A DNA stretch of 64,000 bases from an uncultured virus (IMG/VR IMGVR_UViG_3300027541_000229) (lineage: Duplodnaviria > Heunggongvirae > Uroviricota > Caudoviricetes). The position numbers and the translations under genes are program-made. A model generated the notes under the pieces. The model was not told where the DNA came from. It saw only the letters and a program-made list of their open reading frames with translations, and made no database searches. The DNA lies in the IMG/VR virus record IMGVR_UViG_3300027541_000229, one strand, 5' to 3'. The stretch's first letter is position 1. The number at the start of each line of letters is the position of its first letter. Shown piece by piece: positions 8,003 to 18,337 of this stretch.

Positions 8003-10088
8003 GTTGTTCTATTACAATCTGATTAGAAACTTCTGTAGAGTAATCAGAGTAATCGCTCCAGTCCCCGGTACCGGTCCAGGAATGATCAAAGGACCAATCG
8101 ATATTGTTATTGAGATGTTTTTCTTCTTCGATCATAGCTACATATTCCGGCCAGTCTCTACCATCTATACCCCACCAAGGTTTAGCCAAACGCCTTGCTC
8201 TCACAGCAGCATTGCTGGTCATTCGACTAAAGTCTTGTGCAAAGAACGGTCCTTGTCTTTCTGGCTCAGCATATTCGTTGTATTCATAGGTTTGTTTAAA
8301 CTTCCATTTGAAATCAGCTGACCATTTTCCGTCTTCTGTTATTTCAAACTTAAAGTCAGCATGATACGTACCTGAGCCATACTGATTACCAAACTCAGCA
8401 GAATCTAGATCGGGACTAAATCGAAGATTAAATCTATAACCACCCTTTGCCCTCCATAGAGTTCTTAGCAATGGCCAGATCTCATTAACCAGACCATCGG
8501 CATAAGGATTGATGGTTGTTTTTATGATGTTATAATCAAACTGCTCATAACTGACTTCTCTGTCCTGCTCATTATCATAGATAATATCATAATGATATTT
8601 CTTAAGATTTGGCCTTACAGGATAGGTGATTTTCTTGCTGCCAATGATTTGATCTAGATATATGCTAATACATTTTACACGCATCAAAGTGTGTGTTCCG
8701 CCTAATCTAAAATCTTTTGTGATCCAATGTCCGAGATATTTGTGATAAGAAAGATTAAACTTATCAGGATTTTGACCTGTAATAGTTTCAGGACCCTGCC
8801 CAAATCCTATACCTGTACTCATGTTCCTAATATTCATGTCTCTGTTACGCCAGAGAAACGTCATAGTGTCTGCATAGTCTTGATATGACTCTGTCGGAAA
8901 TGCCACTATCCAGTTAGTGGCTGCTTCAATACCAACAGTCTTTCCGTCTCTAAAGTTTTGTTCCATTTCTGCAATAGTGACACCTTTGGCCATATCATCT
9001 AGAACTTTTTGACTGCCAGATTCACAACCATAGTTTAGATAAACACAGCCGCTATCAGCTAGATCCTTCATATACTCTAGATCCATACGACCGTCACATC
9101 TCGCATATCCTGTCCACTTAATGTCAAGTCCTTTAGCAATAACTCCTTTAGCGAACGCCCGAAGCTCTTTTAAGTTGCCGTTGACAAGGCTGTCAATAAA
9201 CCAAAAGACTCTAGTTCCTTTTTCGTGATAGAGGTAATCTACTTCTTCAAGAGCATCAATGGCCATGCGTTGGCGATATTTCCAAAAATGTGTTTCTTCA
9301 CAGAATGTGCATTTAGCTATACAACCTCGACTAAGTTCTGTAGTAACGCCATTTGGAATCCTATAGAGATTAAAATCAATATTAGAATAATCTGGCATAG
9401 GAAACTTGTTAAGATTTAATCGTTGATCTTCGGGCTGAACTATGTACTGTTGTTCAGGATGTTCGATGCTATGTTCTATCTCGTCTAGTATTTTTAATAT
9501 AGCTTCTTCGCCTTCGCCGTTTACTACATAATCATAGTATTCTTCTTTGACAAAAAATCCCTTCTGTACATTAGGACCACCAACTGCGATCTTAACTGTT
9601 GGTAACTTCTTTTTTAACTCTTGAATCATCCATTTAGTAGGTTCTTCATTCATCTGGTAGACGCTGAAGCCAACAAGAGTAGGATTGTAATCAACTATTT
9701 CATCTAATACAGTTTTAAGATAAGGTTCTAGATATTGATGTATCTCTTGGTAGTTATCGCCGCACCAGCGCCATATGGTTGTAGGATCCCAAAGTTTATA
9801 ATCTAGTTTAGATTTGATTTCTTTTTCATAGAATCTAAAAGATTTAATGTTGGCATCTAATACCTTGCTTGCATAACCTGCTTGCCGAGAAACTGCCGAT
9901 AGCCTGCACAGATTAAAAGGAGGAAACTCTGCTGCCCACTGTGGTAGCAGTACTAACATCAGCTTAGTCTTGCGCTCAGCCTGCTGTATAACAACCGTAG
10001 TCGTATTTCTTTGTTCTACAGGTTTAGCATATTGAGCTATAGCCTTGAGAGTCGTTATATGTTTATCATTGCCTTCTTCGTAGGGCAT
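7983..10088 (-). CDS. B12-binding radical SAM enzyme (class B methyltransferase-like)
   Basis: N-terminal cobalamin-binding-like domain (PPFNL..L, VGFS, AVGGP, GEGE), then SRGCIAKCTFC (CxxxCxxC) and GCESGSQKVLDDMAKG. Confidence 0.9.
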   Translation of the reverse strand: MPYEEGNDKHITTLKAIAQYAKPVEQRNTTTVVIQQAERKTKLMLVLLPQWAAEFPPFNLCRLSAVSRQAGYASKVLDANIKSFRFYEKEIKSKLDYKLWDPTTIWRWCGDNYQEIHQYLEPYLKTVLDEIVDYNPTLVGFSVYQMNEEPTKWMIQELKKKLPTVKIAVGGPNVQKGFFVKEEYYDYVVNGEGEEAILKILDEIEHSIEHPEQQYIVQPEDQRLNLNKFPMPDYSNIDFNLYRIPNGVTTELSRGCIAKCTFCEETHFWKYRQRMAIDALEEVDYLYHEKGTRVFWFIDSLVNGNLKELRAFAKGVIAKGLDIKWTGYARCDGRMDLEYMKDLADSGCVYLNYGCESGSQKVLDDMAKGVTIAEMEQNFRDGKTVGIEAATNWIVAFPTESYQDYADTMTFLWRNRDMNIRNMSTGIGFGQGPETITGQNPDKFNLSYHKYLGHWITKDFRLGGTHTLMRVKCISIYLDQIIGSKKITYPVRPNLKKYHYDIIYDNEQDREVSYEQFDYNIIKTTINPYADGLVNEIWPLLRTLWRAKGGYRFNLRFSPDLDSAEFGNQYGSGTYHADFKFEITEDGKWSADFKWKFKQTYEYNEYAEPERQGPFFAQDFSRMTSNAAVRARRLAKPWWGIDGRDWPEYVAMIEEEKHLNNNIDWSFDHSWTGTGDWSDYSDYSTEVSNQIVIEQPIQFYR

Positions 10089-10089
10089 A

Positions 10090-11262
10090 TCACAACTCCG
10101 TAATAAATCGTTTCTTAGACATCAACATGTTATAGTTATAATCACATATTTCACGAGCAGATTTAAGAAAGTTTTCTAGTTCTGTTTCTGAAAGATTACA
10201 TAGTCTTTCAATCTCGTCTAAAATCTTTAGCATACGTTTTCCGTCGTCTGTTTCAAGATCATAACTCTCATCGATAATAGAGGAAAAGGTTTTGTAACCC
10301 ATTATTCTGTATATGTCTAAACTGTTAGGCACAGATACTAGAATAAATGGATGCTTCATAGCGATTGGCTTCCATGCTTTCTCACTTAAAAATCTCGCAC
10401 TGTGGTACCACTCTTTTGTAAAATAAGTAGTTTCAGCTACAACACTAAAATAGGTATCTTCATAATATCTATTAGTGTCTATAGTCGACTCAGCCCTGTT
10501 AATATGTAGCTCTTCGGTATCTAGATACATAGGAGGCAGATTCTTTACTCCCTCAGCACGTTTAAGAATATCTAATATATCCTTGTCGTTGCGGAAGTAA
10601 TGCATGAGCTCTGGCCATTTATGGTTCCATGTATCTCTCTGATCACATGGTCCGAAGCTGATGAACGCTTGTTCGATCAGATTCTTTCCATAGAGCAATG
10701 CTGTTAGAAAAGGTCTATGCAATCTCCAACGTCTATTAAGGTTTAGAAACTTTTTGTTATACTTTTTATTTTCTAATGTTCTTGGAAGTTGTTTTTTGTA
10801 AAGATGCAGTACGGCATTCTGCAGATCCTGTTCAAAAACTGTATACCAGAATATTCTTATAGGATCTAGATTTAATTTCTTAGCGATATAACGACTGTAT
10901 TCGCCAGCGTCATACATATTAGTCAACAATATTATCTGAGATGCCGGAATACCATCTCTCATGACTATATTTTGATATATCGAATCTATAGCCCTCTCAA
11001 ACGGCTCTAAGGTATTGTCTAATATCAAGAACGCTTGCTTGTTTACGATCCTACCTAACGACTCTTTGTCGATTAGATCTTTCATGTTATAGATTTTAAA
11101 ACTATTCTCGCACGAGAATAAAGCATACCATGCTTCAAAATCAAAACCCGGTTGCTGCGAAAGTGTATCGATCGCTGCTGTTTTATTATCAGTCCATGTG
11201 ATTTTAGGATCACTAGGATTATAGGTATTGATAAGAGGAATAGATTTATTGAGTAAGATCAT
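10090..11262 (-). CDS. Glycosyltransferase-like protein (paralog B)
   Basis: FLNLNRR.R.HR and VVAET..FLSEKAWKPI..KHPFI..GYKTF..IDESYD. Confidence 0.55.
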   Translation of the reverse strand: MILLNKSIPLINTYNPSDPKITWTDNKTAAIDTLSQQPGFDFEAWYALFSCENSFKIYNMKDLIDKESLGRIVNKQAFLILDNTLEPFERAIDSIYQNIVMRDGIPASQIILLTNMYDAGEYSRYIAKKLNLDPIRIFWYTVFEQDLQNAVLHLYKKQLPRTLENKKYNKKFLNLNRRWRLHRPFLTALLYGKNLIEQAFISFGPCDQRDTWNHKWPELMHYFRNDKDILDILKRAEGVKNLPPMYLDTEELHINRAESTIDTNRYYEDTYFSVVAETTYFTKEWYHSARFLSEKAWKPIAMKHPFILVSVPNSLDIYRIMGYKTFSSIIDESYDLETDDGKRMLKILDEIERLCNLSETELENFLKSAREICDYNYNMLMSKKRFITEL

Positions 11263-12014
11263 AATCGATCATTCGGAGGTTGTCGAAAATGCATATCATC
11301 AAAGTTACGCAGAGCTTCCATTTTAGTTTGCTGTACATTTAACCAAGAGAATGTGTTAATGGACCATTCTTGATCAGGAAATAGTTTACTGAGATATCCA
11401 AAATGCTGCTTAGGGCTTGGATGATAGTCTGCACTTTGATGTCCTTCTTTGCTTATAGGATGTTGTGGCCAAACACCGTTACATTCTAAAGTTAAAATGT
11501 CAGGAAGTATAGCATCTAAGGTATCCTTATAATATTGTCTTAGCTGCGTTAGTTTATTTCTTTCTGTTGTTGTCTTGGCCTCTATCGTCAACGGAGACAT
11601 GTTTAACATATAGTAATCGATTCCCAGATTATCTAAAAGATTTTTACTGAGTGTTATCATATTGATATCACGTAACAAATAACCGAAATCATCTGAAAAC
11701 TTCATCACAAACTGTTCATCGTAATAGTTTTGTGTATAGATATTTCCGGGGGTAAGCCATGTACCATTAATATACCTATCTTCTCTAGATACTGAACTCC
11801 ACATTACCATTACGAGATCGTCTTTGTTAAACTTATGTCTCTGATGTGCTTCTGTAAGCTGGCAAGCTATAAAAAGATTACCGCCACCGCTCTGTGCATA
11901 GTTTCTGTATTCAGGTATCTCTCTTCCTATAATGTCTGCCCAAGTCGGCCAGCCATAAGCAGTCATACTACATCCAAAAGCAAAAAATCTCTTATACTTT
12001 TTAAAATCAATCAT
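11259..12014 (-). CDS. SGNH/GDSL-like hydrolase or acyltransferase
   Basis: Block I FAFGCSMT, block II N.AQSGGGN and C-terminal DYHP...H. Confidence 0.7.
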   Translation of the reverse strand: MIDFKKYKRFFAFGCSMTAYGWPTWADIIGREIPEYRNYAQSGGGNLFIACQLTEAHQRHKFNKDDLVMVMWSSVSREDRYINGTWLTPGNIYTQNYYDEQFVMKFSDDFGYLLRDINMITLSKNLLDNLGIDYYMLNMSPLTIEAKTTTERNKLTQLRQYYKDTLDAILPDILTLECNGVWPQHPISKEGHQSADYHPSPKQHFGYLSKLFPDQEWSINTFSWLNVQQTKMEALRNFDDMHFRQPPNDRL

Positions 12015-13287
12015 TAAAATATTTTCCTGCGATATTTATGGTATCTACTAGATCTTCATGATAGAAATCTCTGCTGGCAGAAAGTTTAAGATTATGTTCT
12101 ATAATAGGCATAGAATCGATAATGCGTCTTATTTTTTCTTCTCTAGGTAATGATATCCAATCTTGCAACACTTGGTGTGTAGCATAAAATCTTTCTGTAT
12201 GATCTTCAATATCATTATATGAGGGATCGATACCATTGAAATGTATATTAAAACCAAGCTCCTCGAGAGCTCGAAGAGTTCCTGCAGCAGCAAGTACAAT
12301 CATCGGATGACCGTACGCCAAAGCCTTATATACTTTTTCTGTAAGAAACACAACATCTTCGTCAAACTTAGTTTCTGTAATAAAACTCATGAGACTATTT
12401 TTAAAAATGTCAGGGTTCACAGAGTTTGCGGCATTGTTTACAGACCAATCACCATCAACAAATATAGGATAGTTCTTTGATAATACCCTTTCAAAGGATT
12501 TCAAGTCTACAGAATCACCTAATATTTTAAGAGGTTGGTGTTCTTTAAATTTTATCTCATTGGCACTAACTATGCCGCTTGACAGCATTCCGGACACTGC
12601 TAAATGATATAGATGCGCACTGCGATGATGTTTATATGTTCTGTTAAGACTATTGTAATCTTTAGCCAATGGGTTATGTATTGACTCGTATACTATTGGA
12701 ACCGCAGGAGGTTGATGACCTCTATCTATGAAAATCCTACTGAAATGATTTGAATATTTTACATCAAATATTTTCGGAAGCCCCGTGTCTATCAACCATG
12801 ATTCATATTGTTGTTCAATCTTTTTATTTCCCTGTATTATCATTACAGAACCTGCAGGCAAACCTTGTTTTTTCATAGCCTTGTAGGTAGAGAGAAATCC
12901 ATCTTTTTTTGCAAAAAATGACCCGTCGTTAACAAACATGGATCCGCCTTCTCTATCTGCTGATATGATTATCTTAATCTGTTTTGTTCTAGCTAAATCT
13001 AAAATATTTTGTGGCAGGCATCTCAGGACATGTTTCTTTGGAACATCCGGGCCTTGAGCCATACCTGCCCACCAAACTGGATCACCGTTGACTTCTATAA
13101 AATACAGTCCGGGTTCTCTGATATGATTGATACCGAAATATGGTATCCTAAGATTTCCCAGTTCTGTTTTAAGTCTAGATCCAGGTGATGTCAACCAAAA
13201 ATCGTTATCGCCGTTCTTTGAAAGGCTAACACAGTTAGGACTTGTAGGATGAAAGACATCGTCAAAATATATTTTCATAGAATCCAC
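12007..13287 (-). CDS. Glycosyltransferase-like protein (paralog C)
   Basis: SLNRT.K.HR and ITET..FLTEKVYKAL..GHPMI...L..L...GF.....SYND. Confidence 0.55.
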   Translation of the reverse strand: MDSMKIYFDDVFHPTSPNCVSLSKNGDNDFWLTSPGSRLKTELGNLRIPYFGINHIREPGLYFIEVNGDPVWWAGMAQGPDVPKKHVLRCLPQNILDLARTKQIKIIISADREGGSMFVNDGSFFAKKDGFLSTYKAMKKQGLPAGSVMIIQGNKKIEQQYESWLIDTGLPKIFDVKYSNHFSRIFIDRGHQPPAVPIVYESIHNPLAKDYNSLNRTYKHHRSAHLYHLAVSGMLSSGIVSANEIKFKEHQPLKILGDSVDLKSFERVLSKNYPIFVDGDWSVNNAANSVNPDIFKNSLMSFITETKFDEDVVFLTEKVYKALAYGHPMIVLAAAGTLRALEELGFNIHFNGIDPSYNDIEDHTERFYATHQVLQDWISLPREEKIRRIIDSMPIIEHNLKLSASRDFYHEDLVDTINIAGKYFND

Positions 13288-14452
13288 TTAACTCAGGAAA
13301 TGTTTCTACAAACTTCCTATTCCTAATGGAATCATAGTAATCTGTATGATGCTTAAACTGTTTCTGTAGATCAACATTTACCACAGAAGATTTTAAGTGT
13401 CTAATAACATTTTCTATCTGAGACTTTATATGCCCATTATACTGTCTATCTGAAAGTTTTTCAATAGCCAGCATCCTAGTTTTATCATCAAAAATGCTGA
13501 AACTATAGAAATCTGGATTGATCAAAGAATAAAAGCTGGCTGTGGTTTTTGAATCTACAAGTTTATTTTGAAATAGGTAATCAATAAACTCCGGTAATGT
13601 CAATACATTAAAAATAGAAACTACTGATGCTATACCAAAATAAATGTGAGGACATTCAGATTTGACTGTTAAAATATTTTCTTCTATCTTCTTCCAGTCT
13701 GTTCCTTCCCTAATATATTCTGCTCTATCACTCCAGCTGTCTAAGCTAACATTGAGATGTACATTAGAAAACTTCTTCCACATTTCTAACACTGATTTAT
13801 TTTTAAAATGCAATGAACTTAGATTTGTGTTGTATCTTATTTTTATGTCAGTATTATTTGTTTCAATGAGATACTCTAGCATATCATAATGCTTATCCAT
13901 CAACAAAGGTTCGCCACCTGCAAAATATATTTCCTTAACTCCGGTTATATGAGGTTTAAGTTCTTCATAAAGTTTATCGTTGTTATCTCCTCCGGCAAAG
14001 ATATAAACTGGTTTTTTGTTTCCATTCTTGTTATCTTCTGTGGCCCAACTAGAACTATAGGTGCTAGAACAGCTTCTGCATTTAAAGTTGCAGATATTAC
14101 TCCACCGTATATCCAAATATTTTAAATCCATTTCGTCAAGAGATCCGTCTACATTAGTCTTATTAACCAACGGTATGTATTCTGCATAATCTCTATTGAC
14201 TGATTGTCTAAAACTATTAACTCCTGAATCTTCTGCATGATAACAAGACTGACACTCGTCACATCTTTTACCAGATAGCATATTCAACCGCATGGTTCGA
14301 TATTTTTCACTATTCCAAACATTCAGAATAGATTCTTTTTGCACATTGCCTAAAGGCTTTCTATGATTACCGATGCAGCAAGGCAAAACGTTTCCATCAG
14401 GGTTGGCATAAAAATGTATCCACGGCAATATGCAGAATGTATTAGAGGTCAT
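13262..14452 (-). CDS. Radical SAM protein with N-terminal SPASM/twitch-like Cys cluster
   Basis: FCILPW..DGNVLPCC...C..C..C followed by CNFKCRSC, FAGGEPLL and YNTN. Confidence 0.9.
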   Translation of the reverse strand: MTSNTFCILPWIHFYANPDGNVLPCCIGNHRKPLGNVQKESILNVWNSEKYRTMRLNMLSGKRCDECQSCYHAEDSGVNSFRQSVNRDYAEYIPLVNKTNVDGSLDEMDLKYLDIRWSNICNFKCRSCSSTYSSSWATEDNKNGNKKPVYIFAGGDNNDKLYEELKPHITGVKEIYFAGGEPLLMDKHYDMLEYLIETNNTDIKIRYNTNLSSLHFKNKSVLEMWKKFSNVHLNVSLDSWSDRAEYIREGTDWKKIEENILTVKSECPHIYFGIASVVSIFNVLTLPEFIDYLFQNKLVDSKTTASFYSLINPDFYSFSIFDDKTRMLAIEKLSDRQYNGHIKSQIENVIRHLKSSVVNVDLQKQFKHHTDYYDSIRNRKFVETFPELSGFYENIF

Positions 14453-15389
14453 TTATCCACTCCGCTTTGCGTAAAATATATTGAGACCACATTAAATGCG
14501 CATACTCATTAGGATGATGTGAATGTAAAAAGTTTCCGTGAATAAAATTATTAGATTTTTCTATTAGATCAACTTCTCTCTTTATATAAGGAAGCTCAAA
14601 CTTAATGAACTTATACAAAGATGATTTCATAATATCGTCTAACCATCCTATAGAATAAAATGACGGAGAAAAAATTCGATTTCCTAATATCTTAGATGAA
14701 TACTCTATCCAAGTAGTATCAATAATCTTAAACTTATTATTCTTGAAGGTCGTGTTTATCCTACAGAAGTTTTTCCAAAGAACGGCATCGATATATACAT
14801 TCTTATATTTTGACAATATATCATTGTATTGAGTAAAAAATATTTCATCATATTTTTCTAACCAACACTCAAAAGTCATGGTCTTATCTGATTTCATTAA
14901 GTATTTTAAAGGATGATCGGTTTGCTGAACTTTATTATTGATGGCGTTTTCTCTAGAGGGCTCAGTCATCTGCATAGAAACATATATCTTAGAATAACCG
15001 AGCGTAGTTACATAATCCATGACCCTTTCTAGCTCAGAAAACATATAAAAGTTGCAGTTGCCCGGAACCGCATATTGATAAAGATCACAGTTAAGAGCGA
15101 TGGCCATCCTAGGACCATAACAGTATTTTAGTTGAGCAGGAAGATTATATCTTTCTATACCTGTGGCAATTCCTTTCAATGTTTCACCATAGGTCCAACT
15201 TTCACCTATTACAACCAACAGTTCGGTTTTATTTCTTTTAATAAAAAACTCTGTATTTTTAGCAGGCTTTTCGACCCAGTCAGGTTTTAAATTTTCATCA
15301 TTATAGATGATAGAATCAACCCCATCTAATATATCGCAGTCACTTTTAAAAGATAGGTCGTCATGTATGTATTTTTTTCTAAGCTGCAC
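14442..15389 (-). CDS. SGNH-like hydrolase or acyltransferase
   Basis: VVIGESWTYG, A.PG..N and C-terminal HHPNEYAH. Confidence 0.6.
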   Translation of the reverse strand: MQLRKKYIHDDLSFKSDCDILDGVDSIIYNDENLKPDWVEKPAKNTEFFIKRNKTELLVVIGESWTYGETLKGIATGIERYNLPAQLKYCYGPRMAIALNCDLYQYAVPGNCNFYMFSELERVMDYVTTLGYSKIYVSMQMTEPSRENAINNKVQQTDHPLKYLMKSDKTMTFECWLEKYDEIFFTQYNDILSKYKNVYIDAVLWKNFCRINTTFKNNKFKIIDTTWIEYSSKILGNRIFSPSFYSIGWLDDIMKSSLYKFIKFELPYIKREVDLIEKSNNFIHGNFLHSHHPNEYAHLMWSQYILRKAEWINDL

Positions 15390-16746
15390 TACATAACTCC
15401 ATAAAATCTATAAGCAAAGGAAATGTAGATCTAAAATCTGTTCCTCTGCGCAGATCGTATTCTTTAAACCAGTTGTAAAAGTCTCTACGACCTTCGTTAA
15501 TTTTTTCTTCGCTATATTTTGCAGTTTCCATGTAATGGACCACACGCTTAAACTTTTCTAGTTCATAATCGCTAAACTTAGTACGATCATTATTATCTAG
15601 ATTATTTTCGATAAACTTTAAATGATTGTACATAAAAGGCATAAACTGATCTTTGGGCAATATATTCATGTCATATTGTAAAGGTTCTTTTAAGAACGGT
15701 GTATCAAATCTAACACGTTGCCATTTATTTTGATCTGTTCCATTATACTTAATGCGCCATTCAATGATCTTTTCTAACAACGATTGAAAGTTTGTAACTG
15801 TTAGTATGTTAAAAGTTATCATGAAAGTGATAGGCAAAGAAGTTCTAGTTAGATATTCATTTAGATTTCTTTCCCAAACAGTTAGATCTAGACCAGTACG
15901 TATATATTCGGCCTGAGGTCCCCATGTATCAATGCTTGTGAATATTTTAAAATCTTTGATTTTTTTATTTTCAACTAGGTTGTTAACTTTTTCTATTAAA
16001 CGATCTATCAAAATAGGTTTGACACCAAAGTTGGTGTTGATGTTTAGTTCCAGATTAGGCAAAGGATTTTTTTCAAGATCCTCTAACAACCTCCATGTAC
16101 TCTGCTGTATTAGAGGTTCGCCGCCTGTGATACGCAAGATAGTTAATGTCTTGCGTACTTCGGGCCACCAACGCCACCATGCTTCCACATAAGGATTATC
16201 CTCTTCTTCATAGATCTTAAACCAATCAATGTCATTTCTATGATTCTTTACCATAGTATAAGGACCGTGATCTTTGATCTCTTTATAATAACTACTACTG
16301 TGTTTAGGATGGCAATACCCGCATTTAAAGTTACATTCGTTGCCAAATGATATTTCAATATACTGTGGATTTATATTTTGATCCCAATCCCCGTCCTTGA
16401 TTTGTGCAAATCTTTCGGGCGTGTAGATAGTAGAGTTTCGTTCTTTACGATCACTAATATAGTCCTCGCCCATTGCTTCGATATTCCAGCAATAGTTACA
16501 ACCGCTAGGTTTTCCTCCATTGAGCATTTCAAGACGTTCATGTTTCTTTTGATTTGTGTTATGCAGAGCACCTGGATCTATAATGATTTCTTCTAAAGAG
16601 ATCTTGTGTGGCGGCGGATGATAACAACTATGGGTTTCTCCGGTCTGCAAATAGATAGTGGTATGGTGCCATTTAGCTAGACAAAAGGTAGGCGATATTT
16701 CATTCATTATAGGAATGAATTTTTTAATCCTCGATATGTCGTTCAT
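15379..16746 (-). CDS. Radical SAM protein with N-terminal twitch-like Cys cluster
   Basis: FCLAKW..SCYH..C.YC, CNFKCGYC, ITGGEP and INTN. Confidence 0.9.
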   Translation of the reverse strand: MNDISRIKKFIPIMNEISPTFCLAKWHHTTIYLQTGETHSCYHPPPHKISLEEIIIDPGALHNTNQKKHERLEMLNGGKPSGCNYCWNIEAMGEDYISDRKERNSTIYTPERFAQIKDGDWDQNINPQYIEISFGNECNFKCGYCHPKHSSSYYKEIKDHGPYTMVKNHRNDIDWFKIYEEEDNPYVEAWWRWWPEVRKTLTILRITGGEPLIQQSTWRLLEDLEKNPLPNLELNINTNFGVKPILIDRLIEKVNNLVENKKIKDFKIFTSIDTWGPQAEYIRTGLDLTVWERNLNEYLTRTSLPITFMITFNILTVTNFQSLLEKIIEWRIKYNGTDQNKWQRVRFDTPFLKEPLQYDMNILPKDQFMPFMYNHLKFIENNLDNNDRTKFSDYELEKFKRVVHYMETAKYSEEKINEGRRDFYNWFKEYDLRRGTDFRSTFPLLIDFMELCSAA

Positions 16747-18337
16747 TGAACTTTTCCTCTAGCCATGCAAAATCATTTATCTTTTTAAGAGCTTCTATAT
16801 TATTTCTATTTTCATAACCATAGTCTCGGCCTTGTCTAGCACCGTCTAAAGCATATTTGTCTATGGTTTCTGTGCACCATACATCTAATCTCTGTTGTGT
16901 TTCTTCGTCAACTTGTCCTGTAATAATCCTGCTCGATAACTTAGAACATTCTCTAAATGCCGATTTCCAACTATTGAATGGATCTGTATTAAACTTGTTG
17001 ATGTTTGATACTTCTGGCATGGCTCTAAACCTACCAGAAATACTAGTGGTCATATCTGGATTGTCAACCTTCATATCTAGTGTTAACTTCGTCGGGAGGA
17101 GTTTGACACCACCGTTTCCGTATTCAAGACCGTTGACTTCGTTACGACTACGCCATACAAAAACAATATCTTGATCTACTTTTAAGGGTCGATGATCAAA
17201 GTTAAAAGATTCTAATACCTCTGCATCAGCATCAACTACCCAAAACATAGGTGTAGAAACCTGCTTCGCAGCTTCTATGTGTGCGTTGTGTATCCCTTTA
17301 ACACCGTCAATACGTTTTATATCTCTCTTAACTTTTTCCTGCAGCTTCTGATAATGTTTATCGGCATACGGTTCGTGATATGAGATAAAAACTATATCAA
17401 AGTCTTTAGGTTGACTGGCAACTATGTCTACTTCTTTCTTTGTATGAAAGAATCGTTTTTCAATCTCTCGACGTGCATACACATTCCTTTTAGGAAACAA
17501 ACATATTCCATCAAAGTTATTTCCGTTTTTGAAAATATGTACTATCGTTTGATTATACTTGGGTACCTGATAGCTAAAATCAAAGTCGTTAGGTTTGACA
17601 TCATTCCATACAGCATAAAACATGTCTGTCTCAGAAGTTTTTAATGCATTCTGATAATCTTCGTAACTTGAAATATTAAAAACTTCAAAAGACCTCGGAG
17701 TGCTGGCTAAGATGTCTACTTCTTTTTTATTTGTGAAAAATCTATTATCAAACTCACGCTTGGTTATCTTTTCATTCCTAGAAAATAAACATATGCCGTC
17801 ATAATACTCTCCGTTCTTAAAAACATGAGTAATGTTTCTGTGAAAGCTATCGTAAGCAGGAACATAATAATCAAAATCAAAATCTACATCGATGTCATTC
17901 CAAACCGCCCAAAACATTTCAAGATTTGAATGTTCGACAGCATACAGATAATCATCGTATGACTTAATATAGAAAACTTCAAAAGGAATAGGATTACTGG
18001 CCACAATATCTATTTCTTTTTTATTCATAAAGAATCTGTTTTTAAACTCTCTATTAGAAATGGATATTGTTTTGTTTATAAGACATATACCATCATAGGT
18101 ATTTTTATTTTTAAAAACATGGGTGTATTCTTCATCCCATTTTGTTGCTCGATAACTGTTCAGATTAAAATCAGAAAGTATAAGATCATCCCATATTAAC
18201 CAAAACATCTTAGTAAAAGATTTTTTCTGTATCTGATCTATAGACATATTTTTGTCAAGGCGTTGAGCATTAGGATATCTCCTCTTTAGAGTTTCCCATT
18301 GTTCACCCAGACCACCAAAGAAAAATATATCATACAT
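16724..18337 (-). CDS. GT-A-like glycosyltransferase with three N-terminal ~97-aa repeats
   Basis: C-terminal FDIVFISY.EP..., GVKG..AH, WVVDAD domain paralogous to 18330..19241; repeats MFWxxWxD..HVFKN..DGICL..KKE.DI.AS.P. Confidence 0.65.
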   Translation of the reverse strand: MYDIFFFGGLGEQWETLKRRYPNAQRLDKNMSIDQIQKKSFTKMFWLIWDDLILSDFNLNSYRATKWDEEYTHVFKNKNTYDGICLINKTISISNREFKNRFFMNKKEIDIVASNPIPFEVFYIKSYDDYLYAVEHSNLEMFWAVWNDIDVDFDFDYYVPAYDSFHRNITHVFKNGEYYDGICLFSRNEKITKREFDNRFFTNKKEVDILASTPRSFEVFNISSYEDYQNALKTSETDMFYAVWNDVKPNDFDFSYQVPKYNQTIVHIFKNGNNFDGICLFPKRNVYARREIEKRFFHTKKEVDIVASQPKDFDIVFISYHEPYADKHYQKLQEKVKRDIKRIDGVKGIHNAHIEAAKQVSTPMFWVVDADAEVLESFNFDHRPLKVDQDIVFVWRSRNEVNGLEYGNGGVKLLPTKLTLDMKVDNPDMTTSISGRFRAMPEVSNINKFNTDPFNSWKSAFRECSKLSSRIITGQVDEETQQRLDVWCTETIDKYALDGARQGRDYGYENRNNIEALKKINDFAWLEEKFNERHIED

